Virus record (IMG/VR): IMGVR_UViG_3300042325_000422
Coordinates: 1 to 27,136 of that record
Source: a virus
Lineage: Duplodnaviria; Caudoviricetes
Length of the DNA stretch: 27,136 nucleotides
Strand: one strand, 5' to 3'
In this document: positions 7,554 to 14,834 of the stretch, piece by piece
How positions within the stretch are numbered: position 1 is the stretch's first letter
Layout of the letters: the number at the start of each line of letters is the position of its first letter
The notes under the pieces: generated by a model
What the model was told of the DNA's origin: nothing
What the model saw: only the letters and a program-made list of their open reading frames with translations
Database searches by the model: none
Translations under genes and position numbers: made by a program

Positions 7554-7861
7554 AGCGGCAGGGCAGGTTGATTTTTCATCGCCTCGGCAGCGTCAAGGGC
7601 ATCAGCTTCGGCGAGGAGTTCCACTGCCTTGTCCCGCTTAATCTGGGACTCGCTGCGTCCGTCATCGTTAGCGAGTGCCTTAGCGATTGCCTCGGGAATG
7701 TTCGGGGCGAATTGTGTGGACTGACCATTGCCAGCGTAGGCGGTGGCGTAGATGTCAACCTTACCTCCGCTATTCGTCGCACTGATGCTGATCGTGGTAT
7801 ATTTCGCATTGGCAAGCAGCTTGACCTGCTCGGTCATGTATTGTTCAATTTCTTGGGTCAT
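7550..7861 (-). CDS. Hypothetical protein
   Basis: 103 aa ORF with ATGA overlaps. Confidence 0.7.
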   Translation of the reverse strand: MTQEIEQYMTEQVKLLANAKYTTISISATNSGGKVDIYATAYAGNGQSTQFAPNIPEAIAKALANDDGRSESQIKRDKAVELLAEADALDAAEAMKNQPALPL

Positions 7862-8109
7862 GGTTTCGTTGGTTGGAATTTCTGGAAAGATTCGGCAGTC
7901 AGGATCACGCCTTCGCCCTGGGCTGGTGCGAATTTATCGACCCGGTGATCGAGCAGCCGCAGGGCCATCACCTCGCGCTCAGTTGTTGGGGTGACGTTGT
8001 AAAACGTGCCAAGCAGGGTTTGCCGCTCGTATGAGGTGCGCTGAGACACCTTGTCTGTCAGAGGTGTGATGACCTCCGGGTTTTTGATTTTTCTGTGGAT
8101 TGGGAACAT
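7858..8109 (-). CDS. Hypothetical protein
   Basis: 83 aa ORF with an A-rich leader and ATGA overlap at its 3' end. Confidence 0.65.
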   Translation of the reverse strand: MFPIHRKIKNPEVITPLTDKVSQRTSYERQTLLGTFYNVTPTTEREVMALRLLDHRVDKFAPAQGEGVILTAESFQKFQPTKP

Positions 8110-8200
8110 TAGTTTTGTATATTGGAGAGTTAACCCGCCCGCTGCTTATTCATTACAACCACCTAGGGTAATATGACAGAATGCTTCGGCTGATAATGTA

Positions 8201-9184
8201 TCACGGGCGGGGTTTCAATTCCGTCACTCGACGGGGTGAAAGTGTTATTGTGTCGAGATACGCGAGGATGAATTGCGCGGCGACTTGCGGGACGATTGCA
8301 TTGCCGTAGCCCCGCAGGAGTCCCACTCTGCCGGAAACCCCATAAGCCAGCGGGAATGTGCCGGATTCAACGCGCCTCGCTTTTCCGTCTGTGCAGGGGA
8401 GGATGTCGAAGGAATCCCAAGCGTTGCCTCGCAATTCAGCGGTAGGCTGTTGCGGCGGAATTGTGACGGCCCCGCATTGTGCGCCGCGTCCTGACATGTC
8501 GGCGTTGCCCATCCCGCGAAGCTCGCCGCGTGGTTCAGCGTGATATTCGGCGTGGTGAAATTTTCCCCTGGATGACGAACCGAATCCGTCACGGTTGGAG
8601 CCGGCCAGCCCGCTGACTGGACCACCGTCTGGAGATTGTCCCCGCCCGTGCCGTGCTCGCCCGCCCCCGTGCTGTTGGATGTTGTTGGTGTCGGCCACCC
8701 AGAAGAGCCGCTGTCGGATATGCGGTGCGCCCGCGCTCGCAGCGCACAGATCGGCGGCCCCGAGTTCATATCCCAGTCCTTCCAAGTCAGTGCGTATTCC
8801 GGCGAGCCATTCGCGCCCAGCCTTGCTTGCAACCTGCTCGCCAAACGTGACTGTAGAGTCCCCGAAGGTGATGATATCGCGGAACACGGGCCAGAGGTGC
8901 CGTTCGTCGGATTCACCTTTACCTTGCCCAGCGACCGAGAACGGCTGACAGGGGCAGCTTCCAGTCCGAACAGGGCGGTCTTCTGGCCATCCTGCCAATT
9001 TGAGGGCGAGTGACCATCCGCCGATTCCAGCAAAGAAATGCTGTTGAGTGTATTGGGTAAGTTCATGTGGTTTAACTTCGGTGATGCTGCGTTCGTCCAC
9101 GATACCGTTGGGGATATGCCCCCCCCCGATCAACTCACGGAGCCATGCGGCGGCTTTGGGATCGTGTTCGTTGTAATAGTTCAT
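8201..9184 (-). CDS. C5 cytosine DNA methyltransferase, alpha polypeptide
   Basis: Motif I FFAGIGG, IV GSCPCQPFS, VI GEQV, VIII PHIRQRLFWV, X GYGNAIVPQVA; motif IX not seen in this frame. Confidence 0.92.
   Translation of the reverse strand: MNYYNEHDPKAAAWLRELIGGGHIPNGIVDERSITEVKPHELTQYTQQHFFAGIGGWSLALKLAGWPEDRPVRTGSCPCQPFSVAGQGKGESDERHLWPVFRDIITFGDSTVTFGEQVASKAGREWLAGIRTDLEGLGYELGAADLCAASAGAPHIRQRLFWVADTNNIQQHGGGRARHGRGQSPDGGPVSGLAGSNRDGFGSSSRGKFHHAEYHAEPRGELRGMGNADMSGRGAQCGAVTIPPQQPTAELRGNAWDSFDILPCTDGKARRVESGTFPLAYGVSGRVGLLRGYGNAIVPQVAAQFILAYLDTITLSPRRVTELKPRP
8245..9066 (-). CDS. C5 methyltransferase beta polypeptide in the overlapping alternative frame (start uncertain)
   Basis: 273-codon frame nested in the alpha gene, with three GW(P/A)(T/A)PT repeats and a motif IX-like LNPAHSRWLMGFPAEW; resembles the M.EcoHK31I arrangement. 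Confidence 0.75.
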   Translation of the reverse strand: MNLPNTLNSISLLESADGHSPSNWQDGQKTALFGLEAAPVSRSRSLGKVKVNPTNGTSGPCSAISSPSGTLQSRLASRLQARLGANGSPEYALTWKDWDMNSGPPICALRARAHRISDSGSSGWPTPTTSNSTGAGEHGTGGDNLQTVVQSAGWPAPTVTDSVRHPGENFTTPNITLNHAASFAGWATPTCQDAAHNAGPSQFRRNSLPLNCEATLGIPSTSSPAQTEKRGALNPAHSRWLMGFPAEWDSCGATAMQSSRKSPRNSSSRISTQ

Positions 9185-9444
9185 AGCCTTGGACGAATCC
9201 CGCTAAACTCCTCATACGCCCGCTCGTCTTGCGCCAGGCATGCGTAGATGAAAGCACCACGGGCGAACGATACGGCGGCAATCAGGCCGACCATGGCGAG
9301 GATGAACAGCAAGGCCCCGAGAATGGGCATGCTCATAAACGCGCTGATCGACCAGACACCCACTGCCAGGCTCGCGAAAAAGGATGCCGCTGCCCATAGA
9401 CCGGAGTCGATGGCTTTGGCTTTGAGTCGTTCGGAGCGTTTCAT
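9181..9444 (-). CDS. Small membrane protein (2 TM)
   Basis: MKRSERLKAKAIDSGLWAAASFFASLAVGVWSISAFMSMPILGALLFILAMVGLIAAVSF; start at 9444 by ATGA overlap. Confidence 0.7.
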   Translation of the reverse strand: MKRSERLKAKAIDSGLWAAASFFASLAVGVWSISAFMSMPILGALLFILAMVGLIAAVSFARGAFIYACLAQDERAYEEFSGIRPRL

Positions 9445-9542
9445 TGCCGGCCTCCTCCCATTGTTACGAAGGCGTGCCAGACGGCGACGGTCACGCAGAT
9501 AACTGCGGCCCACGATAGGATTACGATTTCGATGGTTGTCAT
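9441..9542 (-). CDS. Micro membrane protein, 33 aa (MTTIEIVILSWAAVICVTVAVWHAFVTMGGGRQ)
   Basis: Not in the ORF track; ATGA overlaps at both ends; single TM. Confidence 0.6.
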   Translation of the reverse strand: MTTIEIVILSWAAVICVTVAVWHAFVTMGGGRQ

Positions 9543-9784
9543 TTGCGTGATAAGTTAAGTTTGCGCCGGGTGGCCTCGGCATGCGCCTCGGAGAGCTTGA
9601 TGTCTTTCCAGGTGCCGAGGTGGCTTGATGCCTCCAGGGTGGCGATGCGCTCGATCAACTCGGGCGTGGTTAGTGCGGTTGGGTGCTTAAATGCGGGGAT
9701 GCTCACGGTTTGGAATTGTTCGGGGTTGGCGATGTGATCAAGCACAAGCTCGGCATCGCGGAAGAATTGGTAGGAGTCATTCAC
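9539..9784 (-). CDS. Hypothetical protein
   Basis: 81 aa ORF overlapping both neighbours in the operon. Confidence 0.65.
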   Translation of the reverse strand: MNDSYQFFRDAELVLDHIANPEQFQTVSIPAFKHPTALTTPELIERIATLEASSHLGTWKDIKLSEAHAEATRRKLNLSRK

Positions 9785-10040
9785 GGACGGATTTTAGGAA
9801 GTCGAGAACCTCGCTGGTTTTGTATCTGATCAGGGTTTTCGGGATGAGGACGTAGCGTTTGATCGGTAGCCTCTCCAGCGTGTTGGATCGTATATCTAGC
9901 ATACCGCAAACCTCCATTTGACTCATCCACTCGCCACGCTCGCGGGTTCGTTTCCTAGCCTCCTCAGCGGCAGCGAATGCCGCAGCAGCTTTAGCAGCCG
10001 CGAAAATCTCCGCCTCTTGGGCGGGGCTGAAGATCGTCAT
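9777..10040 (-). CDS. Excisionase/AlpA-like winged-HTH DNA-binding protein
   Basis: WMSQMEVCGMLDIRSNTLERL...IRYKTSEVLDFL fits an HTH_17/Xis pattern. Confidence 0.65.
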   Translation of the reverse strand: MTIFSPAQEAEIFAAAKAAAAFAAAEEARKRTRERGEWMSQMEVCGMLDIRSNTLERLPIKRYVLIPKTLIRYKTSEVLDFLKSVRE

Positions 10041-10216
10041 GGTTCAGCGTCCTCCTCGGTGGTTTCGATTGCGCCGGGTTCGGCCAGGAACTCTTCCAGC
10101 GAGACGAACAGGGAGGAGTCCCATTCGGGGTCAAACTGGTGACGCTGGACCGGTGCTTTGCCGGGGGCGAATTTCCAGAGCATGCGACCGGAGCGGAAAT
10201 AGCGGGTGGTTGTCAT
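10037..10216 (-). CDS. Hypothetical protein, 59 aa (MTTTRYFRSGRMLWKFAPGKAPVQRHQFDPEWDSSLF...)
   Basis: Below the ORF-track cut-off; A/C-rich leader; ATGA overlap with 9777..10040. Confidence 0.65.
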   Translation of the reverse strand: MTTTRYFRSGRMLWKFAPGKAPVQRHQFDPEWDSSLFVSLEEFLAEPGAIETTEEDAEP

Positions 10217-10273
10217 TGGTTTATATTGGGTTGAGTTCCGCGTGTGGGATGCGCGGCCCCCGTGTGGCTCACG

Positions 10274-11131
10274 TTAGTTTTTACCGGGGCGCAGCAGTTT
10301 GATTTCCGCCCTTACTGATTCGATGAATTTTCTTTGCTTTGCTCTGAAAATATTTATCCCCTCGGACCCACGTTTCACGGAGCTTAGTTGCCGACCTGAT
10401 ACAAACGCGTTCATGCAATTAAAAAGCGATTCATACGCCCCTGCTTTATACGATGTTAAAAGGTGCTGGCTGCTTCCAGAGATGAGCCAATTCCTAAAAG
10501 TTAGAGCCGGGTTCCCTTTTTTTGCATCTTCCCCGGTAGCCACGATATGCGCAAAGTCTTCAATTTGAGGGCAGGACTTTTGGGCAAAAGCAATCGATCC
10601 GATAATCCACGCCTTTTTTGCTGGTGGGGTTTTGGCAAATAGATAGGCGTTTTCGTTTACTAATGACCCAAAGGAATCAATTCCGATCTTCATCAATTCA
10701 GCTCCGATCACATAGTTCTGGAAGCTAAAGGAAAGACTGAAAATTGCCTTGGTTGACGCGCAAACGACGTTAGTGTTTTTGACGCCGTGATGGAGGTGCA
10801 TGAAGTCTGCAACGCTGCGCTTTGCGCCAACATCTATTCCCGCCATTGCGGACGGAGACACACCCCTGACGACAATCATATCCAAGGTTACACCGCTCTG
10901 AATAATAGCGTAAAGGCGGTGCTGTCCGTCGCCCAACGATCCGTCATCAAGGAATACAATACCCTGCCCAGTTGAGTGCCACCTTCCAAGCGTCATGGCC
11001 GCTGCGTATTCGTCAACCTTGCTCTGCCTTACATTTCGGTTGCATGTATTGGCTTCCAGTATCTTTTTCGCTTTTTCTGGGCCTATTTTCTCAATTGTTA
11101 TTTTCATTTCTGTGCTTTGTGTTGGTTTCAT
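10274..11131 (-). CDS. ParB/Srx-like DGQHR-domain phage protein
   Basis: PE.AK.IL..N..NR...KV..YA..M..G.W...G.GI.F...G.L.DGQHRL.AI. Confidence 0.8.
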   Translation of the reverse strand: MKPTQSTEMKITIEKIGPEKAKKILEANTCNRNVRQSKVDEYAAAMTLGRWHSTGQGIVFLDDGSLGDGQHRLYAIIQSGVTLDMIVVRGVSPSAMAGIDVGAKRSVADFMHLHHGVKNTNVVCASTKAIFSLSFSFQNYVIGAELMKIGIDSFGSLVNENAYLFAKTPPAKKAWIIGSIAFAQKSCPQIEDFAHIVATGEDAKKGNPALTFRNWLISGSSQHLLTSYKAGAYESLFNCMNAFVSGRQLSSVKRGSEGINIFRAKQRKFIESVRAEIKLLRPGKN

Positions 11132-11742
11132 TTGCTAGATGCCCACGCCAAAAACGCTGAGCGGTCTTTTTTACTGGTGTTTTTCCACGTGGATTTTAAC
11201 AGCCAAAGTTTATCGCTTTCCTTTTCGGCAGCGTCGCCTTTTGCTTTTGCTTCGTCGCTTAGCGTTGGGTTGGGAATGGCGAATTTCACCCCATCCACGA
11301 CCACGGTTTCGGGTTCCTCCTTCATTTCTTCCTTTGGCATAACTTCCAGCACAGCCGCTTCCACGTGGCGGGCGGCAACGGGCTTACCTTCTTCCTTGGC
11401 GATCTCTTGCGCCTTCTCCCATGCGGCGGGCTGTTGCTCTGCGGGGAGCTTTGCTAGAGGGCGGGCTTGCGCTTCGTTGGTAGGTATCGTTTGTGCGCAA
11501 TTGCGCACATTTTCAACAACCTTGGCTGATTCTATTAGTTGATAGACGTGCCGCTTTTCCCATCCAAGCTTTTCGCGGCAATAGTCCTCGAAAGTCTTGT
11601 GGGTTGAACGGTAGAGCTTACCGACCTGAATTCTTCCAAAGGCAGCTCCGACATCCACAAATGTCTGCTTGCCCTTTTCGATTACAGCTTCCAGTGCCGC
11701 CAACTCTTCCGACTCGGCGGGGGTGATGAGTTCGGCGCTCAC
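11128..11742 (-). CDS. DUF3102-like DNA-binding phage protein
   Basis: F..VG.A...I...KLYR..HKTFEDYC.EK.G...R..Y.LI..A; NEAQARPL; GTG start via GTGA overlap. Confidence 0.7.
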   Translation of the reverse strand: MSAELITPAESEELAALEAVIEKGKQTFVDVGAAFGRIQVGKLYRSTHKTFEDYCREKLGWEKRHVYQLIESAKVVENVRNCAQTIPTNEAQARPLAKLPAEQQPAAWEKAQEIAKEEGKPVAARHVEAAVLEVMPKEEMKEEPETVVVDGVKFAIPNPTLSDEAKAKGDAAEKESDKLWLLKSTWKNTSKKDRSAFLAWASSK

Positions 11743-11834
11743 TTCCCCACCTCCCGAGCTTCGATCTTGTCGAGGATGGCGGCGAGACGCTCGGCGGTGG
11801 CCATGGCCTCGGCGATCATTTCGTCGAGGGTCAT
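11739..11834 (-). CDS. Micro-ORF, 31 aa helical peptide (MTLDEMIAEAMATAERLAAILDKIEAREVGK)
   Basis: Fills the gap exactly, with ATGA and GTGA overlaps. Confidence 0.6.
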   Translation of the reverse strand: MTLDEMIAEAMATAERLAAILDKIEAREVGK

Positions 11835-12025
11835 TGTGATACCCCTCCCATTTTGGTTCTCAGTGCATCCTCAACCCACGACGAGAAACTAACCTTCTCG
11901 GCGGCGGCTTGTTTCTTGGCGATTTTGAGGAGCCGGATGTCGATTGAAAGTGACGGCTTGGTTTTGGTTTCCCCGGTCGGCGGGCGTCCCGGCTTGCGGG
12001 TGATTGGTTTTGGTTTTGCGCTCAT
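11831..12025 (-). CDS. Ribbon-helix-helix regulator in the Cro-like position, with N-terminal GRP hook
   Basis: RKPGRPP...PSLSID..LL..AK..A...VSFSSWVEDAL; first gene of the leftward operon. Confidence 0.75.
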   Translation of the reverse strand: MSAKPKPITRKPGRPPTGETKTKPSLSIDIRLLKIAKKQAAAEKVSFSSWVEDALRTKMGGVSQ

Positions 12026-12143
12026 TGCTGAGGGCAAGAAATACCCAAAAAATACCCACGTAAACAAAAATCGTCTTTTGGGTTAAAAATGGGCAGGAAA
12101 ATTATTTGAAACCGTTGGGTTTTTGGGTTATCAACACGGTGTT
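12026..12143. promoter_or_regulatory. Divergent promoter/operator region
   Basis: AT-rich. TACCCA at 12042 and 12053; TGGGY at 12079, 12090, 12116 and 12124. Rightward TTGAAA(12106)-17 bp-TATCAA(12129). Confidence 0.6.
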
Positions 12144-12404
12144 ATGAAAGAAGAACAACCAAAGAAACCCGGCGGACGCCCAAAAATGAACGAGGCCGAG
12201 AAGCGCAGAAAGCCAGATATCTCACTGTCCAAGGAGGTGATTGCGGCGGGGAAGGATCACGCAAAAGCATGCGGGATGTCGTTCTCAGCATTCGCGGAAT
12301 CAGCCATACGCGAAAAACTGGCAGCTTGCCCAGTCCAGCCGCTGCGCCCCCTGAGGCAGTCCCGCACAGTCAACCCGAACCGAGGAAATACCGACCGCGC
12401 CTGA
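12144..12404 (+). CDS. Ribbon-helix-helix regulator in the repressor-like position
   Basis: KPGGRPK...PDISLS..VI..GK..A...MSFSAFAESAI; similar to 11831..12025; directly upstream of the integrase. Confidence 0.75.
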   Translation: MKEEQPKKPGGRPKMNEAEKRRKPDISLSKEVIAAGKDHAKACGMSFSAFAESAIREKLAACPVQPLRPLRQSRTVNPNRGNTDRA

Positions 12405-12457
12405 TCATGCTTTGCCGTTCTACCCGGCAGATAACAAATTAACAGATAAAAATCCCG

Positions 12458-13579
12458 ATGACCGCCCAGCCCGTCAAATACCGCTCCGTCTCCATCACCG
12501 TTTACCCCATCACGCGGGCAGACGGCGGGACCTACTGGCAATTTAAGCGGCGCAACGGGATCCGGGTCACGCGGGCGACTCTCCCGAAGATCAAAACCGA
12601 GGCGCTCAAAGAGGCGCAGACGCTCTACAAGGGCGGGCTGGAGATTGACGACCTAACCCCGGACCAGATCCGCGCCATCAAACGGATGTTGGAGGCCGAT
12701 CCAGAGCTTCGCATGGTCGATGAGTTCATCCTCTGGCACTCCCGGCGAGCACCGAAGAAAAACCTGGGGGATGCGCTCGATGAGTTCCTGGCGGCGAAAC
12801 TCTCAAATCAGGGGCGGTCGGCGCAAAACGTCAAAACGCTCAGGGCGAGACTGAAACCGCTGGATCCGCTGCGGGGTATGCTGCTCAGTAGCGTATCGGT
12901 GCAAGACCTCCCCGACCTCGTGGGCGAGCCACGGACGCGAAAAAACGTGCGGGCGGCGTGGATCACGTTTTTCCGTTGGTGCGCGGAAATGGAGTTTTTG
13001 CCTCACGGAGAAAAGACGGCACCGGAACGTCTCGGCAAACCGATTGCCCGACGCAAGGTGCCGTCCACCTATACGCCTGCGGAGCTGGCAATCCTCCTGG
13101 GCGGTGCCAGTCCCAAATTTTTGCCATGGATCGCCTGCGGGGCATTTGCGGGGACCAGGACCGATGAGGTTTACCCGCTGCCAGGCGGCGAAAAATCCCC
13201 GCTCGATTGGTCAGATTTCGATTGGCCGGCGAAGATTATCAGGATCCGGCCCGAGACGGATAAAAACGGGCATGGTCGGATTGTGCCGATCCTTCCGGCG
13301 CTGCGGGCATGGCTCTACCCGGCGCGGAAGAAATCCGGCCCGCTGATCTCCTGCCTGCCGTCATCGGGTAATGAGCCGGAGACGAAGCGGCTGGGGACGC
13401 TCATCGGAGGGTGGAAGGCAAACGCCCTGCGGCACTCCTACATCAGCTATCGAGCCGCCGAGGTGGGGCTGGCCCAGACGGCCATGGAAGCAGGCAACTC
13501 GGAAAGCGAAGCGCGGAAATCGTATAACGATTCCAAGTCCCCGGCGGAGGCCAAGGCTTGGTTCGGGGTAGTGCCCTAG
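12458..13579 (+). CDS. int: Tyrosine recombinase / phage integrase
   Basis: FAGTRTDE (R), DKNG (K), NALRHSY, AGNS, RKSY (Y); SAM-like core-binding region; attP-like site 1.6 kb downstream. Confidence 0.92.
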   Translation: MTAQPVKYRSVSITVYPITRADGGTYWQFKRRNGIRVTRATLPKIKTEALKEAQTLYKGGLEIDDLTPDQIRAIKRMLEADPELRMVDEFILWHSRRAPKKNLGDALDEFLAAKLSNQGRSAQNVKTLRARLKPLDPLRGMLLSSVSVQDLPDLVGEPRTRKNVRAAWITFFRWCAEMEFLPHGEKTAPERLGKPIARRKVPSTYTPAELAILLGGASPKFLPWIACGAFAGTRTDEVYPLPGGEKSPLDWSDFDWPAKIIRIRPETDKNGHGRIVPILPALRAWLYPARKKSGPLISCLPSSGNEPETKRLGTLIGGWKANALRHSYISYRAAEVGLAQTAMEAGNSESEARKSYNDSKSPAEAKAWFGVVP

Positions 13580-13597
13580 CCGGGGATTGAACCCGGC
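13579..13597 (-). repeat. T-loop-like hairpin 1
   Basis: Minus strand GCCGGG-TTCAATC-CCCGGC, just after the 13604 stop codon. Confidence 0.6.
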
Positions 13598-13603
13598 GGG
13601 GGG

Positions 13604-13903
13604 TTAGGCGGCTTGAAAAACAAAGTCTGAAGGGTAAAATCCGAAGCGTTGGGCGGCGGCGGTTGCAGTGTGAAACTCGCGAACTTTGGCGCGGCGGATA
13701 ATGTTTTCAGCGCCGACGCGGTAGCTTTTGCCGGAATAGCTGAGGGGCTTAGTCAGAACCTTGTTGAAGCACTGGGCACCGACCGTGCGGCCATCAGCAA
13801 GGCGGATTCCGTGGACTAATCTTTTTCCGCAGCATTCGCAAACGGTCTCGGTATCGTAGCCGGTGATTGTCAGCGTGGCGGATTCGGTTGCGGTGTTGGA
13901 CAT
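13604..13903 (-). CDS. Hypothetical Zn-binding protein (CECCGK...C), leaderless
   Basis: Start MSNT lies 6 nt after the -10 box; 99 aa. Confidence 0.75.
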   Translation of the reverse strand: MSNTATESATLTITGYDTETVCECCGKRLVHGIRLADGRTVGAQCFNKVLTKPLSYSGKSYRVGAENIIRRAKVREFHTATAAAQRFGFYPSDFVFQAA

Positions 13904-13909
13904 GCGCAA

Positions 13910-13950
13910 ACCCTACGGTGTGATTCTTATTCTGTCCACAATTAAATAAG
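13910..13950 (-). promoter_or_regulatory. Leaderless sigma70-type promoter (TGGACA-17-TAGGGT) with upstream CTTATTTAATTGT box
   Basis: -35 at 13938-13933, -10 at 13915-13910; the 13 bp box is identical to 15022-15034. Confidence 0.7.
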
Positions 13951-13962
13951 AGGGATGACGAT

Positions 13963-14127
13963 TTATTTTTCCGGCAGGATTTTAGCGATGAATACCCCGC
14001 GGCTGTCAGTCCCGCGGAGCCGGTCGAGACGGTCCCATTCGGCGGGCGGCATCGAGACGCTGCGGGTCACGACCGTCTTCCCGGTTGGTTTCCTACCGCC
14101 TCCTGGAGCGCGTTTGCGTGGGGTCAT
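13963..14127 (-). CDS. Third ribbon-helix-helix protein, 54 aa (MTPRKRAPGGGRKPTGKTVVTRSVSMPPAEWDRLDRLRGTDSRGVFIAKILPEK)
   Basis: Not in the ORF track; GGGRK hook, SVSM strand and two helices; ATGA-coupled to 14124..14501. Confidence 0.7.
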   Translation of the reverse strand: MTPRKRAPGGGRKPTGKTVVTRSVSMPPAEWDRLDRLRGTDSRGVFIAKILPEK

Positions 14128-14501
14128 GAACCACCTCCACCACCTACGCCATAGGACGGCGTTCTGGGATCCCCGGAATCATCGTCAGGCATCGTGTCTA
14201 AAATATCCTGCGGCGTAATAGGTCCGTTTGATCGGCTGATGATTTTTGCACCAGCGAAATGCCACGTTTCGACGCCGTGCTCAATTTCTCCGCATCCCGA
14301 GATTTTACAAACAATCATCGACGGGACCCCCTCGGGTCTGAATCGCGAGTAAATAACATCATTTCCGCTCCCGTCAATTTTGATGGATCGCCTCGACCTG
14401 CACGCCTGCAAGAATCGAACGACTGTGCATTTAGCATCTCGGATTTGGACGACATCGCCGGGGCAAATGCAGGTCCCGTCTGAATAACATGGGGTGATCA
14501 T
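14124..14501 (-). CDS. Hypothetical protein
   Basis: 125 aa ORF; A-rich leader; ATGA overlap at the 3' end. Confidence 0.55.
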   Translation of the reverse strand: MITPCYSDGTCICPGDVVQIRDAKCTVVRFLQACRSRRSIKIDGSGNDVIYSRFRPEGVPSMIVCKISGCGEIEHGVETWHFAGAKIISRSNGPITPQDILDTMPDDDSGDPRTPSYGVGGGGGS

Positions 14502-14515
14502 TTTTTAATTGGTTG

Positions 14516-14534
14516 AGCGGGGGTGGAACCGGCT
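14516..14534 (-). repeat. T-loop-like hairpin 2
   Basis: Minus strand AGCCGG-TTCCACC-CCCGCT (one mismatch), after the 14544 stop. Confidence 0.5.
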
Positions 14535-14543
14535 GGGTTGGGG

Positions 14544-14777
14544 TTAGGCGGCAAATACGGCTTCGATGATTTCGGACGGTGCTCCGATGGCTTGCAGCTC
14601 GTGAAGGACTGCGCGGCGAGCGGCAGCGAGATACTGGCGGGCAAACTCCACTGGGCTTCCATTTTCCAGCTCTTCCGGCAGGCAACCGGCGAGGTAATCC
14701 CGCTGGTAGCTGTATTGGCTGGAGTGAATTTCCAGATCTTCGGATTCAATGGCGTTTTCAATTTGGGATGCGTTCAT
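14544..14777 (-). CDS. Hypothetical acidic protein
   Basis: 77 aa; ends in GCCGCCTAACCCC, identical to the end of the 13604 gene. Confidence 0.7.
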   Translation of the reverse strand: MNASQIENAIESEDLEIHSSQYSYQRDYLAGCLPEELENGSPVEFARQYLAAARRAVLHELQAIGAPSEIIEAVFAA

Positions 14778-14804
14778 TTTGTTGGTTTCGGTTGGGGTTG
14801 GATT

Positions 14805-14824
14805 GCCGGGGGATTGGACCCCGC
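14805..14824 (-). repeat. T-loop-like hairpin 3
   Basis: Minus strand GCGGGG-TCCAATC-CCCCGGC, after the 14835 stop. Confidence 0.5.
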
Positions 14825-14834
14825 TTGGTTTTGA

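Noticed and set aside
13955-14218. Plus-strand 87 aa ORF
   Set aside because: Antisense shadow of the better supported minus-strand RHH gene 13963..14127.
13600-14552. GCCTAAC (canonical attC R'' containing a stop codon) at the ends of the 13604 and 14544 genes
   Set aside because: No GTT R' box at the right spacing downstream; treated as a shared micro-repeat.
14498-14761. Alternative-frame 87 aa ORF overlapping 14544..14777 and ending in an ATGA overlap
   Set aside because: Pro/Ser-rich with no motif and runs through hairpin 2; the 77 aa frame looks more protein-like, though dual coding cannot be excluded.
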